A model generated the notes under the pieces. That model searched no databases. It was not told the origin of the DNA and saw only the letters and a list, made by a program, of their open reading frames with translations. Source: Alphaproteobacteria bacterium (GTDB taxonomy: Bacteria > Pseudomonadota > Alphaproteobacteria > VGEJ01). From it: a DNA stretch of 64,000 bases. Below, one piece after another: positions 48,855 through 57,280 of the stretch (position 1 is its first letter; every line of letters begins with the position of its first letter). Location: positions 1 through 64,000 of the forward strand of contig CBDDBU010000021.1 of assembly GCA_965226045.1 (NCBI GenBank), in the 5' to 3' direction. The translations under genes were made by a program, and so were the position numbers.

Positions 48855-49661
48855 GGCACTGTCAGAGGGAATCGGCTTGCGGCCCCTGGCGAGGCTCCTC
48901 AGCTTTCGGCAATGCGCGATCCCGTCCGCTACTTCAACAGCTCGCCCGAGGTGATCCGCCTGGCGGTGATGATGTATGTCCGCTATCCGCTGTCGCTGCG
49001 CCAAGTCGAGGACCTTCTGTCCGAGCGCGGCATCGATATCTGCCACGAGACGGTCCGGTTTCTGGTGGAGCCGGTTCGGTCCGATGTTCGCTGCGGAGAT
49101 CCGCAAGCGACGTGTTGATAGCCGGTCACATTCACAGTGGCGCTGGCATCTTGACGAGGTGTTTGTGCGGATCAATGGCGAGACCCGTTACCTCTGGCGT
49201 GCGGTTGATCACGAAGGCGAGGTGCTCGAGGTCTTCGCCACGAAACGCCGGGACCGCGGGGCTGCGCTGAAGTTTCTGACGCGCGCGATGAAGCGCTACG
49301 GCCGCCCACGGTCGATCGTCACGGATCGTCTCCGCTCGTACCGGGCTGCGATGAAGATCGTTGGCGTTTCGGATCGCCAGGAGTGTGGCCGATGGCTTAA
49401 CAACCGGGCAGAGAACTCACACCAGCCGTTCCGACGACGTGAACGGGCCATGGCGCGGTTCCGAAGTCCGACGACGCTGCAGAAGTTCGCCTCCGCTCAC
49501 GCCTCCGTCCACAATCATTTCAACCACGAGCGCCATCTCACGAGCCGCAAGGTCTACAAGGAAAAGCGTTCAGCCGCTCTAGCTGAATGGCGCAGCCTCG
49601 CTGCCCGACCGCAGCCGCCGTTCCGTTTTCTGCGGACTGCCACTTTTGTCTGACAATGCCC
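48855..49661 (+). mobile_element. IS6-family insertion sequence (807 bp), complete ends, transposase frameshifted
   Basis: IRL GGCACTGTCAGAGGGAATCGG, IRR GGGCATTGTCAGACAA (reverse complement). Length typical of IS26-like elements. Confidence 0.8.
48912..49653 (+). pseudogene. IS6-family transposase with +1 frameshift (extra C in GTCCGGTTTCTGGTGG)
   Basis: N-part MRDPVRYFN ... ETVRF is in one frame. The remainder WWSRFGPMFAAEIRKRR ... YLWRAVD ... TDRLRSY ... NNRAENSHQ is in the next frame. Confidence 0.75.
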
Positions 49662-49770
49662 ATTTCGGGCTTCTTCATGGTCCTCGGGCGTCGCGTCGAA
49701 CGCGGCGTAAACCCGCGCGATCTCCGCTTCGACTTCGAGGAACCGCTGGTCCGGTTTCTCAGACCGCGCC

Positions 49771-49965
49771 GTGGCCACGGCCGGGATGGCGAAAAAGCGG
49801 CTGAAGCGCGGCGTGTTCCGCTCGATCGTCGATCTCCAGACTGCCATCAACCGCTACATTGGCGATCACAACCAAGCTCCGAAGCCGTTCGTCTGGAGCA
49901 AGCACGTCAATGGTATCCTCGACCGTGTCGCCCACGTGAACCAAGCGTTAGAGTCGCTACACTAA
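49771..49965 (+). pseudogene. IS630-family transposase C-terminal remnant
   Basis: GVFRSIVDLQTAINRYIGDHNQAPKPFVWSKHVNGILDRV matches IS630/Tc1 C-termini. The upstream part is removed by the IS6 insertion at 49661. Confidence 0.55.
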
Positions 49966-50828
49966 GTTCGTGGGTGCTTCGAGGCCGTGGGCGCTTGTAG
50001 CCGCCGTGCCGAAGACGCCTGCGAACGTTCGAGACCGTATCACCGCCTCGGCGATGAGCGCGTGAGCGCGCGAGTTCCAGTGCCCGTCAGTCGGGAAATC
50101 GAACCGCTTTGCGTTCGCGAGATAGTCGTCTGCGAAGATCGGTTGCAGGTCGATCGCCTCGTAGCCGCGCCGCGTCACATTGGCCAGAAACCGACTGCGG
50201 TTGACGTCGAAATAGCTTCCTGCGCCGGACGATGTGGCGTCTCCATGAGGATCGAGTGGCGCCACCACGAACAGAATGCGATCGGGGGTGAGGCCGGCAA
50301 AAGCTGGCAAACGGTCGAGAAAGGCCAGCTCTCTGACCAAGGACTCGGCCATCTTCTGCGGGTCCGCCTGTCTGGGCACGTCCGCGAGAAACTCCAACTT
50401 CTTCGCCCCCGTGAAGTACTGCGCCAGTTGCCACTTCCCATGCACGCCCATGTTGATGGCGACATAATGCTTGCAAGCGCCGACCAGCGGAGGAGGCGCC
50501 GCAGAAGGCTCGGCCGGTAGTCGACGCGCCTCAGCGCGATAGTGCCGTCTTCTTCCTCGTCGAAATAATGGAACCCACTCTTGACGTCGTGGCCGGGCCT
50601 CAGGACCGCCTCCCAGAAGTCGTTGGCCTGGATGCCGAAGGCCATTGCGTCAGGGCCAAAGGTCTCCCGCGCGTACCTGGCCCAGATCAGGTACTGGCCG
50701 AACCCTGAGCCGGAGGCGGCGAAGCTGTAGACCCGCGGATTGCCCGCAGACCGCGCCGCCAGCCGCCCCACCCTTCGCGATGGCGTCTGGAACGTCTTCT
50801 TCATGACCCACAAGATTTCATGACCCAC
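49957..50828 (-). pseudogene. AlgX/AlgJ-like SGNH-type protein, frameshifted
   Basis: Two overlapping frames (50175..50828 and 49957..50451) together give a ~290-aa protein. The C-terminal part contains DGHWNSRAHALIAEAV (the DxHW motif of AlgX_N/SGNH proteins). Confidence 0.45.
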
Positions 50829-50932
50829 AAGATCGCCCAGCTCGACCTGAGGCGATCACAGGACCATCTTCAACCTGTCAACCATGTCCCCGAACACCCA
50901 CAAGGGGGGAGCGAGAAATGGGTCACGATCTT

Positions 50933-50971
50933 CTCCCCCTCCCCAGCGTGGGAGAGGGAGGGGGGAGGGGG
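50933..50971. repeat. REP-like hairpin (CTCCCCCTCCCC ... GGGAGGGGGGAGGGGG), second copy of the motif at 27589
   Basis: Direct reading. Same C4TC4 / G4AG4 stem. Confidence 0.5.
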
Positions 50972-51005
50972 CTTGCGAGGCCGCACGTGGCGACGCATCA
51001 ACGTT

Positions 51006-51458
51006 TCAGGCGGAGCCGACGATGAGGCTGCGGACGGAGCGGTTGGCGACCGCGAGGCGGGCGACGTCGATCCCCCCGCCGATCTCGCCGTTGCCGATGG
51101 CGGCATCGAAGACGCGCGTGGTCAGCGCCCGCTGCTAGCTGTAGAGGTCGTCAACGATGACGGTCATCGCCAGCCGCTGCCAATAGTCCCCGGCGGTGAC
51201 GGCGTCAGCGGCGGCGCGCAGCCAGTCGAGGCCGAGATGAGCGCCGATCGCGAAGTAGACCTGTCCGACCGCTCCGATCGGTCGCTCGCACGTCTTCGCC
51301 GGCTGGACGATATCGCACGCCGCAGCCAATGGTTCGAGGGCAGCCACTCGCGCCGCGGCATCGTCGGGGACGCCCTCGGCGACGAGTGACTCCATCCGCT
51401 GTCGCCATGCGTCGCGGTCGATCTTCACGATTTGCTTAGCGATGCCGTGGCTGAACCA
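51006..51458 (-). pseudogene. NAD-specific glutamate dehydrogenase (large GdhB-type) C-terminal remnant with in-frame TAG
   Basis: VYFAIGAHLGLDWLRAAADAVTAGDYWQRLAMTVIVDDLYS, then TAG, then QRALTTRVFDAAIG ... resembles the conserved C-terminal region of bacterial NAD-GDH (... LDWL ... DDLYAQQRAL ...) as recalled from memory. The upstream ~1500 codons are absent, with the IS1182 element abutting at 51467. Confidence 0.45.
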
Positions 51459-51537
51459 TTACAAACTAGCAGCCTGTCGGACTGAGGTCCACGAGAATGG
51501 GTGTGGACGGATCGCGATGTGGAGAGGTCATGGGATC

Positions 51538-51730
51538 GAGCGCCTTTCGTGAGGACACGGAGTGCGGTCGCTTGGCCGCGCCGCAGGGTGAGTATACTCT
51601 TATGCCCTCTCGTGAGGGCACGAAGTACGTTCGCGCTCGCGCGTGCCGCAAGGCGAGCATACCTTATTCCTTTTCGCGAGGCGGAGTCCGGCCGCCTGCT
51701 CAAGCGTATTGCAAGGTGAACATTCTCTTT
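51538..51730. repeat. About 65-bp tandem repeat x ~2.7 in the subterminal region of the IS1182-family element
   Basis: Units beginning CCTTTCGTGAGGACACGGAGTGCGG, CCTCTCGTGAGGGCACGAAGTACG and CTTTTCGCGAGGCGGAGTCCGG. Confidence 0.6.
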
Positions 51731-51745
51731 ATGTTCCAGGGAGGG

Positions 51746-53049
51746 TCACCAGGTTCCATTCGCCCGTGACCTTGTCCAGGCCGCGTAGCGAGAACTGGCG
51801 GAAGCCCATGGCCGATTTGATGATGCCGAACACCGGTTCCGGCGTTTGCTTGCGCAGGGCGTAGAGTTGCCGGCCCTCGGGCGTCGCAGTCGATGTGTCA
51901 TCGCTTCCAGCGGCGTCGGGTTCTCCGGGGGCGGCGGCGCGCCGGCGAAGCGGTCCTTCCAGGAGAGATGATGGCGTTCCCGGCCGGGCGTGATCAACGG
52001 CGCGATCTCGGCCTCGGCGCAGGCGTTCACGTTGGCCTCGCTGAAGTAGCCGCTGTCCGCCAGCAGGGTCTCGGGCGCGCCCAGCGCCTCGGGAAGGCGG
52101 GCGAGCGCTTCCAGCGCCGGCTCGATTTGCCGCTTGTCGCCTGGACCACGTCGTTGGTGACCACCAGCAGGCTGTCGGCCGCCACCAGGGCTTGGGCGTT
52201 GTAGGCCTGTTCGAAGCCGCCGCCGGCCACCGGCATGATGCGCGAGTCCGCGTCGGTCAGATTGACCTGGTCCTTCGGCCCGGGCCCGGCCACCGGCGGC
52301 TCGGGTGGACGGCCGCCCGGCTTGCGGCCCGTCTTCTCGGCCTTCTCCGCGCGCGCCCGCTTCGCCTCGTACTCGCCCGTTCCCGATCGCCTTAGCCTCG
52401 GCGATGCGGGCCAGACGATCCTCGTTCGGGCCAGTTCCTCGGGCACCGACATCCCGTCGGGCACATCCGCCCCATCGGCCGCCTCCGCCAACGCCATCAA
52501 CTCCGCCACCTCGGCCTTCAACCGGGCTTCGAGCTCGCAGGCGTGTTTCCACGACAGCGCGCTGTGCCGGCTCGCGTTGGCGTGCACCTTGGTGCCGTCC
52601 AGCGCCACCGTGCCGAGCTTCAGCACCCCGGCTTCCCGGGCCAGCAGCAGCACCTCGACGAACAGCCCTTCGATCCGGTCGAGAAAACGCCGCCGGAACG
52701 CGGCGATGGTATCGTGGTCGGGATGATCGTTGGCCGCGATGAAGCGGAAAGCGACAGAATCATAGGTCGCGCGCTCCAACTTGCGGCTCGAAAACACCCC
52801 CGTGGCGTAGCCGTAGACCAGAAGCCCCAGCAGCATGCTCGGGTGATAGGACGCCGAGCCCGAGCCGCGATAGGCCTTCACGAACGCCGAGAGGTCCAAC
52901 TGCTCGATCACCTCGACCACGAAGCGCGCCAGATGCCGCTCGGGAAGCCATTCCTCCACCGACGGCGGCAGCAGAAACCCCGTCTCCCGGTCGACCGGTC
53001 GGTTTGCTTGACGGCCTCCATCACGCGCGGGCAAATCAACTGATACCAT
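51746..53049 (-). pseudogene. IS1182-family DDE transposase, split into two frames
   Basis: 52027..53049 carries the N-region (PPSVEEWLPERHLARFVVEVIEQLDLSAF ... YHPSMLLGLLVYGYATGVFSSRKLE ... LDGTKVHANAS). 51746..52552 carries C-terminal DDE residues (LLADSGYFSEANV). Confidence 0.75.
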
Positions 53050-53164
53050 CGAATCCTATTTCGACTCCCGGCTCAAGTCCGACAGGCTGCTAGCCTGCGA
53101 CTACGAAATAATGCTTGCGTGATCGCGCCCGTGCGCCAACCGCCCGCTGGAGGGAGACCCAAAG

Positions 53165-54517
53165 ATGGACGCAGCCAAGACAAACAAAATAGACACGTTC
53201 ATGGAGGGACTGAGACGCCGCAACCCGCATGAGGACGAATTCCATCAGGCGGTCTACGAGGTCGCCTCCAACGTCTTCCCGTTCATCGAGGACAAGCCAA
53301 TCTACCACGAAATGGAGATCATGCGGCGCATCGCCGAGCCCGACCGCATCATCGTGTTTCGCGTCTGCTGGGAGGACGATAAGGGTCACATCCGGGTCAA
53401 CCGCGGCTATCGCGTGCAGAACAACAACTCGATCGGCCCGTACAAGGGCGGCATTCGGTTCCATCCCTCCGTGACCCTGAGCGTGCTCAAGTTCCTGGCC
53501 TTCGAGCAGACCTTCAAGAACAGTCTGACGGGGCTGCCGATGGGCGGCGGCAAGGGCGGGGCGGACTTCAATCCGCGCGGCAAGTCGAACAACGAGGTCA
53601 TGCGGTTCTGCCAGTCGTTCATGAGCGAGCTCTACCGCCACGTCGGCGACGACGTTGACGTGCCGGCCGGTGACATCGGCGTCGGCGCTCGCGAGATCGG
53701 CTTCATGTTTGGCCAGTACAAGCGCCTGACCAACCGCTTTTCGGGGGTGCTCACGGGCAAGGGCATGGAGTTCGGCGGCAGCCCGATCCGGACCGAGGCG
53801 ACGGGCTATGGCGCCGTCTACTTCATGGACCACATCCTCAAACACCGCGGTAATTCGTTCGAGGGCAAGACCTGCCTGGTCTCGGGCTCCGGCAACGTCG
53901 CAACCTACGCGGTCGAGAAGATCAACCAGCTTGGCGGCAAAGTGGTCACGGTGTCCGATTCGGCTGGTTTCGTCCACGATCCCGACGGCATCGACGCCGA
54001 CAAGCTCGCCTATGTCATGGAGCTGAAGACCAAGCGGCGCGGCCGCATCGAGGAGTACGCCACCGAGTACGGCGTCAAGTTCCACGCGGGCAAGCGGCCT
54101 TGGGACGTGCCGTGCGATCTCGCCTTTCCGTGCGCGACCCAAAACGAGATCAGCACCGAGGATGCCAAGACGCTGATCAAGAATGGCTGCATCGGCGTCT
54201 CCGAGGGCGCCAACATGCCGACCGGGCAGGACGGCATCCACGCCTTCCTCGGCGCCAAGCTCTTGTTCGCGCCGAGCAAGGCCGCCAACGCCGGCGGTGT
54301 CGCGGTCTCTGGCCTTGAGATGAGTCAGAACTCGGCCCGCATCACCTGGAAGGAAGAGGAGCTCCAGTCGCTGCTGCGCGACATCATGACCGGCATTCAC
54401 GACGGCTGCGTCGAGTATGGCGGCACGGGCGGCGACTACATCGACTACGTCAAGGGCGCCAACGTCTCCGGCTTCATAAAGGTCGCCGACGCGATGCTGG
54501 CCTACGGCGTGGTGTAG
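53165..54517 (+). CDS. gdhA: NADP-specific glutamate dehydrogenase
   Basis: 450 aa. GGGKGG (PMGGGKGGADFNP) and glutamate-binding lysine region. Rossmann motif GSGNVATYA. Confidence 0.9.
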   Translation: MDAAKTNKIDTFMEGLRRRNPHEDEFHQAVYEVASNVFPFIEDKPIYHEMEIMRRIAEPDRIIVFRVCWEDDKGHIRVNRGYRVQNNNSIGPYKGGIRFHPSVTLSVLKFLAFEQTFKNSLTGLPMGGGKGGADFNPRGKSNNEVMRFCQSFMSELYRHVGDDVDVPAGDIGVGAREIGFMFGQYKRLTNRFSGVLTGKGMEFGGSPIRTEATGYGAVYFMDHILKHRGNSFEGKTCLVSGSGNVATYAVEKINQLGGKVVTVSDSAGFVHDPDGIDADKLAYVMELKTKRRGRIEEYATEYGVKFHAGKRPWDVPCDLAFPCATQNEISTEDAKTLIKNGCIGVSEGANMPTGQDGIHAFLGAKLLFAPSKAANAGGVAVSGLEMSQNSARITWKEEELQSLLRDIMTGIHDGCVEYGGTGGDYIDYVKGANVSGFIKVADAMLAYGVV

Positions 54518-54533
54518 CGGCCGCGCGAGACAA

Positions 54534-55451
54534 GTGGCGAGCCGCCGAACCCATCGCGGCGTGCTCGTCTCACCGCGCCCTCGCGCGAGCCCGTCGAGGG
54601 TGCGGCTCCGGTGTCCCGGCCGCGCTGCGGTTGTGGTTGGGGCCCTGGCGCTTTGCTCACTGCCCTACGCGGCGGCGGCGGATGCGCATTCGAAGCCGCT
54701 GTTCGAGGTGGGCTTGGCTGGCGGCGGCGGCTACCTGCCCGACTATCCGGCCTCGGACGAGAGACACTTTCGCGCCCTCGCTCTGCCTTTCGTCGCCTAC
54801 CGCGGCGAATTTCTGCGCAGTGACGAAAAGGGGCTGCTGCGCGGACGCATCCTGAGCACCGAGCGGCTCGAGCTTGATGTAAGCTTGACCGGTTCGTTCC
54901 CCGCCGATGCCGACGACAACGAGGCGCGGCGCGGCATGCCCGATCTCGGCTGGCTCGGCGAAATCGGGCCGCGGCTGCAGATCACGATCGCGCGCGCTGG
55001 CCGCGACGCCAAGCTCGAGATCGAACTGCCCGTGCGCGCGGTGTTCTCGACCGACCTCTCCGCGCTCGATTATCGCGGCTTGGTGGTCGCGCCACAGCTC
55101 GCCTACCAGCATGACGATTTCCTGCGTAGCGGCCTCGAACTCAAGCTTAGCGGCGGACCTTCGTTCGCGACGCGCGAGCTGATGGATTTGTTCTACGAGG
55201 TCGAGGCGCGCTTCGCGACGCCAGCGCGGGCCGCGTTCGCCGCCCGGCCCGGCCATCTCGGGACGGCGCTGCAGCTGACGACGTTGTATGCGATTGACGA
55301 GCGCACCCGGTCGTTCCTCGTCATGCGGGCCGATTCGCACCATGGCGCGGCCAACCAGAACAGTCCCCTGTTCGGCGCCGACCTGACCGCGAGCATCGGT
55401 ATCGGTGTGATCTGGTCCTTCTATCAGTCGGAACGGCGGGTCCGTGAATAG
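54534..55451 (+). CDS. mipA: MipA/OmpV-family outer-membrane protein (MltA-interacting protein)
   Basis: 305 aa. Signal peptide (AVVVGALALCSLPYAAAADA). Beta-barrel-like alternating pattern, ends in an aromatic residue. The true start may be a downstream GTG. Confidence 0.65.
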   Translation: MASRRTHRGVLVSPRPRASPSRVRLRCPGRAAVVVGALALCSLPYAAAADAHSKPLFEVGLAGGGGYLPDYPASDERHFRALALPFVAYRGEFLRSDEKGLLRGRILSTERLELDVSLTGSFPADADDNEARRGMPDLGWLGEIGPRLQITIARAGRDAKLEIELPVRAVFSTDLSALDYRGLVVAPQLAYQHDDFLRSGLELKLSGGPSFATRELMDLFYEVEARFATPARAAFAARPGHLGTALQLTTLYAIDERTRSFLVMRADSHHGAANQNSPLFGADLTASIGIGVIWSFYQSERRVRE

Positions 55452-56718
55452 GCGCAACCGCGACCTGGCGCGAACCCGAACCTGCACCCTCAGGCCTTAA
55501 GCCGTCATTTACCTGCTCGGCCGCATACTCGCGGGTGATTGGAACCCCAAGGGCCCGAGCACCATGAGCAGTTCCGCGGAACCCGTCGTCCAGACCGTTA
55601 GTTTCGACCACAAGTTCTTTTCGACCGTCACCGAGCCGGTGTTTCGCGTCTCGGAACAGAGCGGCGACGCGGGCCTCCCATACCTCGGCCGCGATGTTGA
55701 CCGCTTTGCGCAGGAGCACGCGCCGATGGCAGCTGGTCTGCACGCCCTGCCACGAGAGGCGAACCTCCTCCTCGATCTTGCGGTTGACGAAGACGTGGTT
55801 GTTGAGGCTGGCGGCGTGCTCGAACGCGGCCTGGGCCGCGCTCGATCGGGTCGAGAAGCCGGCGAACCGGTCCCACGTCGAGCGCACGACCACCGACCAG
55901 TCGCGGCGTAGGCCGGGCACCGCGTTGATGTCGTCTTCCTAGTTGGCGGTGCCTACCAGGTCGATGCGCGGGTAATAGGCCGACGCCACGACCCGTTGAT
56001 TCGACCGCGCGAGGTCGATCTGGCGGCTGGAGTTGGCGATTAGCGGGTTGTATGAGAGCGCGGCCTGCACCGATTCGTCCAGCGAGGCCGGCAGCAGATG
56101 ATAGGGCGGCAGCGGATAGCTCATGCCCGCGACTTCAGGTGAATGGTTGAAGACCCGGCGGTAGCGATCGGCCGCCTCGCGAAGCGCCCCCTCGAACACC
56201 ACCCGTTGCTCACGGGCCAGCTGCAGGCGAGATTTGGCGAGCAGCGCATCGACCGCGATGCCCGAACCCCGGCGCACGCGCTCGTCCTCGAGGTTGAGTT
56301 GGATGCGGATGACTTCTTCGTTGCTGCGCGAGATGTCCACCAACCGGGCTTGGCGCAGCACGTCGATATACGCGGTAGTGCCCTCGAACAGAGTAGTCTG
56401 GCGCGTGCTTTCGAGCACGTCGGTGGCCAGATGTTCGGTGATCTGCGCTGTTTCCTTTTCGAAGCGTTTGCGCGACCCGTCGAACAGGTTTTGGGTGACC
56501 GTCAGCCGTTCTTGGCTGCGCGCGAAGGTCTCGTCGAAGTAGTCGCGCCGCTGTTTGCTGTCGACTTCCTCGAAACCGTTTTGGCCTGACAGTGACACGC
56601 GCGGTAAATACGAGGCCGACGCAACCCCGATGCCCTCGCGGGCCGCCGTAGCCAACGTCGTGAGCCGGCCGCTGCCATGGTCGTCATTTGACCTTGTGCG
56701 GCACGGAGCGGCACCCAA
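55321..56718 (-). pseudogene. TolC-like outer-membrane efflux protein, N-terminally eroded, with in-frame TAG and degenerate C-terminus
   Basis: 55939..56718 and 55321..55920 are in the same frame, separated by TAG (LVGTAN*EDDINAVPGLRRDW). Outer-membrane-factor repeat features are present. The last ~90 codons overlap mipA and are non-homologous. Confidence 0.6.
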
Positions 56719-56818
56719 AAAGCCGGCTGGGCGCCACGCTGGTCAGCTCACGCCGGCGGCGCTAGGTTGGCCCACCATTCCCCAACTCGCCCGGTCCAGC
56801 CCCGTGGAGTCCCCGACA

Positions 56819-57238
56819 ATGAGCGAGAGCGTGCCCGAGGGCTACCAGCCGTTGCCGTTGGATCGCGGCTTCGAGGCGCGCATCGGCCCGCTCTACGTTC
56901 GCTTCGATGACGCGGTGGCGCAGATTGGCGTTCGGGTCGCCGAGCATCATCTCAATCCGGGCGGCCGGCTGCACGGCGGCATGTCGATGACGCTCGTGGA
57001 CGAGGCGGCCGCGCTGGCAGCGTTTCAGGCGCTGGGGACCGGTGCGAGGTTCGCCACCATCAGCCTCAACTGCGACTTCATGGCCGCCGCCGCGGTGGGG
57101 GATTGGGTCGAGGCCGAGGCCGAGATCGTGCGCCAAACCCGCCGGCTCCTGTTCGTGCGGGCGAGCGCGTTCACGGCGAATCGGTTGTTGCTGACGGCCA
57201 GCGGCATCTGGCGCCTATTCCCGGCCGGCCCCGAATAG
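56819..57238 (+). CDS. PaaI/YbgC-like hot-dog-fold thioesterase
   Basis: Start at MSESVPEGY. RLHGGMSMTLVDEAA is the PaaI-type motif. 139 aa. Confidence 0.75.
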   Translation: MSESVPEGYQPLPLDRGFEARIGPLYVRFDDAVAQIGVRVAEHHLNPGGRLHGGMSMTLVDEAAALAAFQALGTGARFATISLNCDFMAAAAVGDWVEAEAEIVRQTRRLLFVRASAFTANRLLLTASGIWRLFPAGPE

Positions 57239-57280
57239 GCAGCTGTCCAGGCGCCCGGTCCGTGCTTGCCAGGCGCGCCG

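Larger units (their letters stand above)
51467..53093 (-). mobile_element. IS1182-family insertion sequence (~1.63 kb), transposase frameshifted
   Basis: 18-bp inverted repeats CTAGCAGCCTGTCGGACT (51467..51484) and AGTCCGACAGGCTGCTAG (53076..53093). Confidence 0.75.

Noticed and set aside
53090-54400. 436-aa minus-strand ORF overlapping gdhA
   Set aside because: gdhA on the plus strand carries all GDH motifs. The antisense ORF has no recognisable domain.
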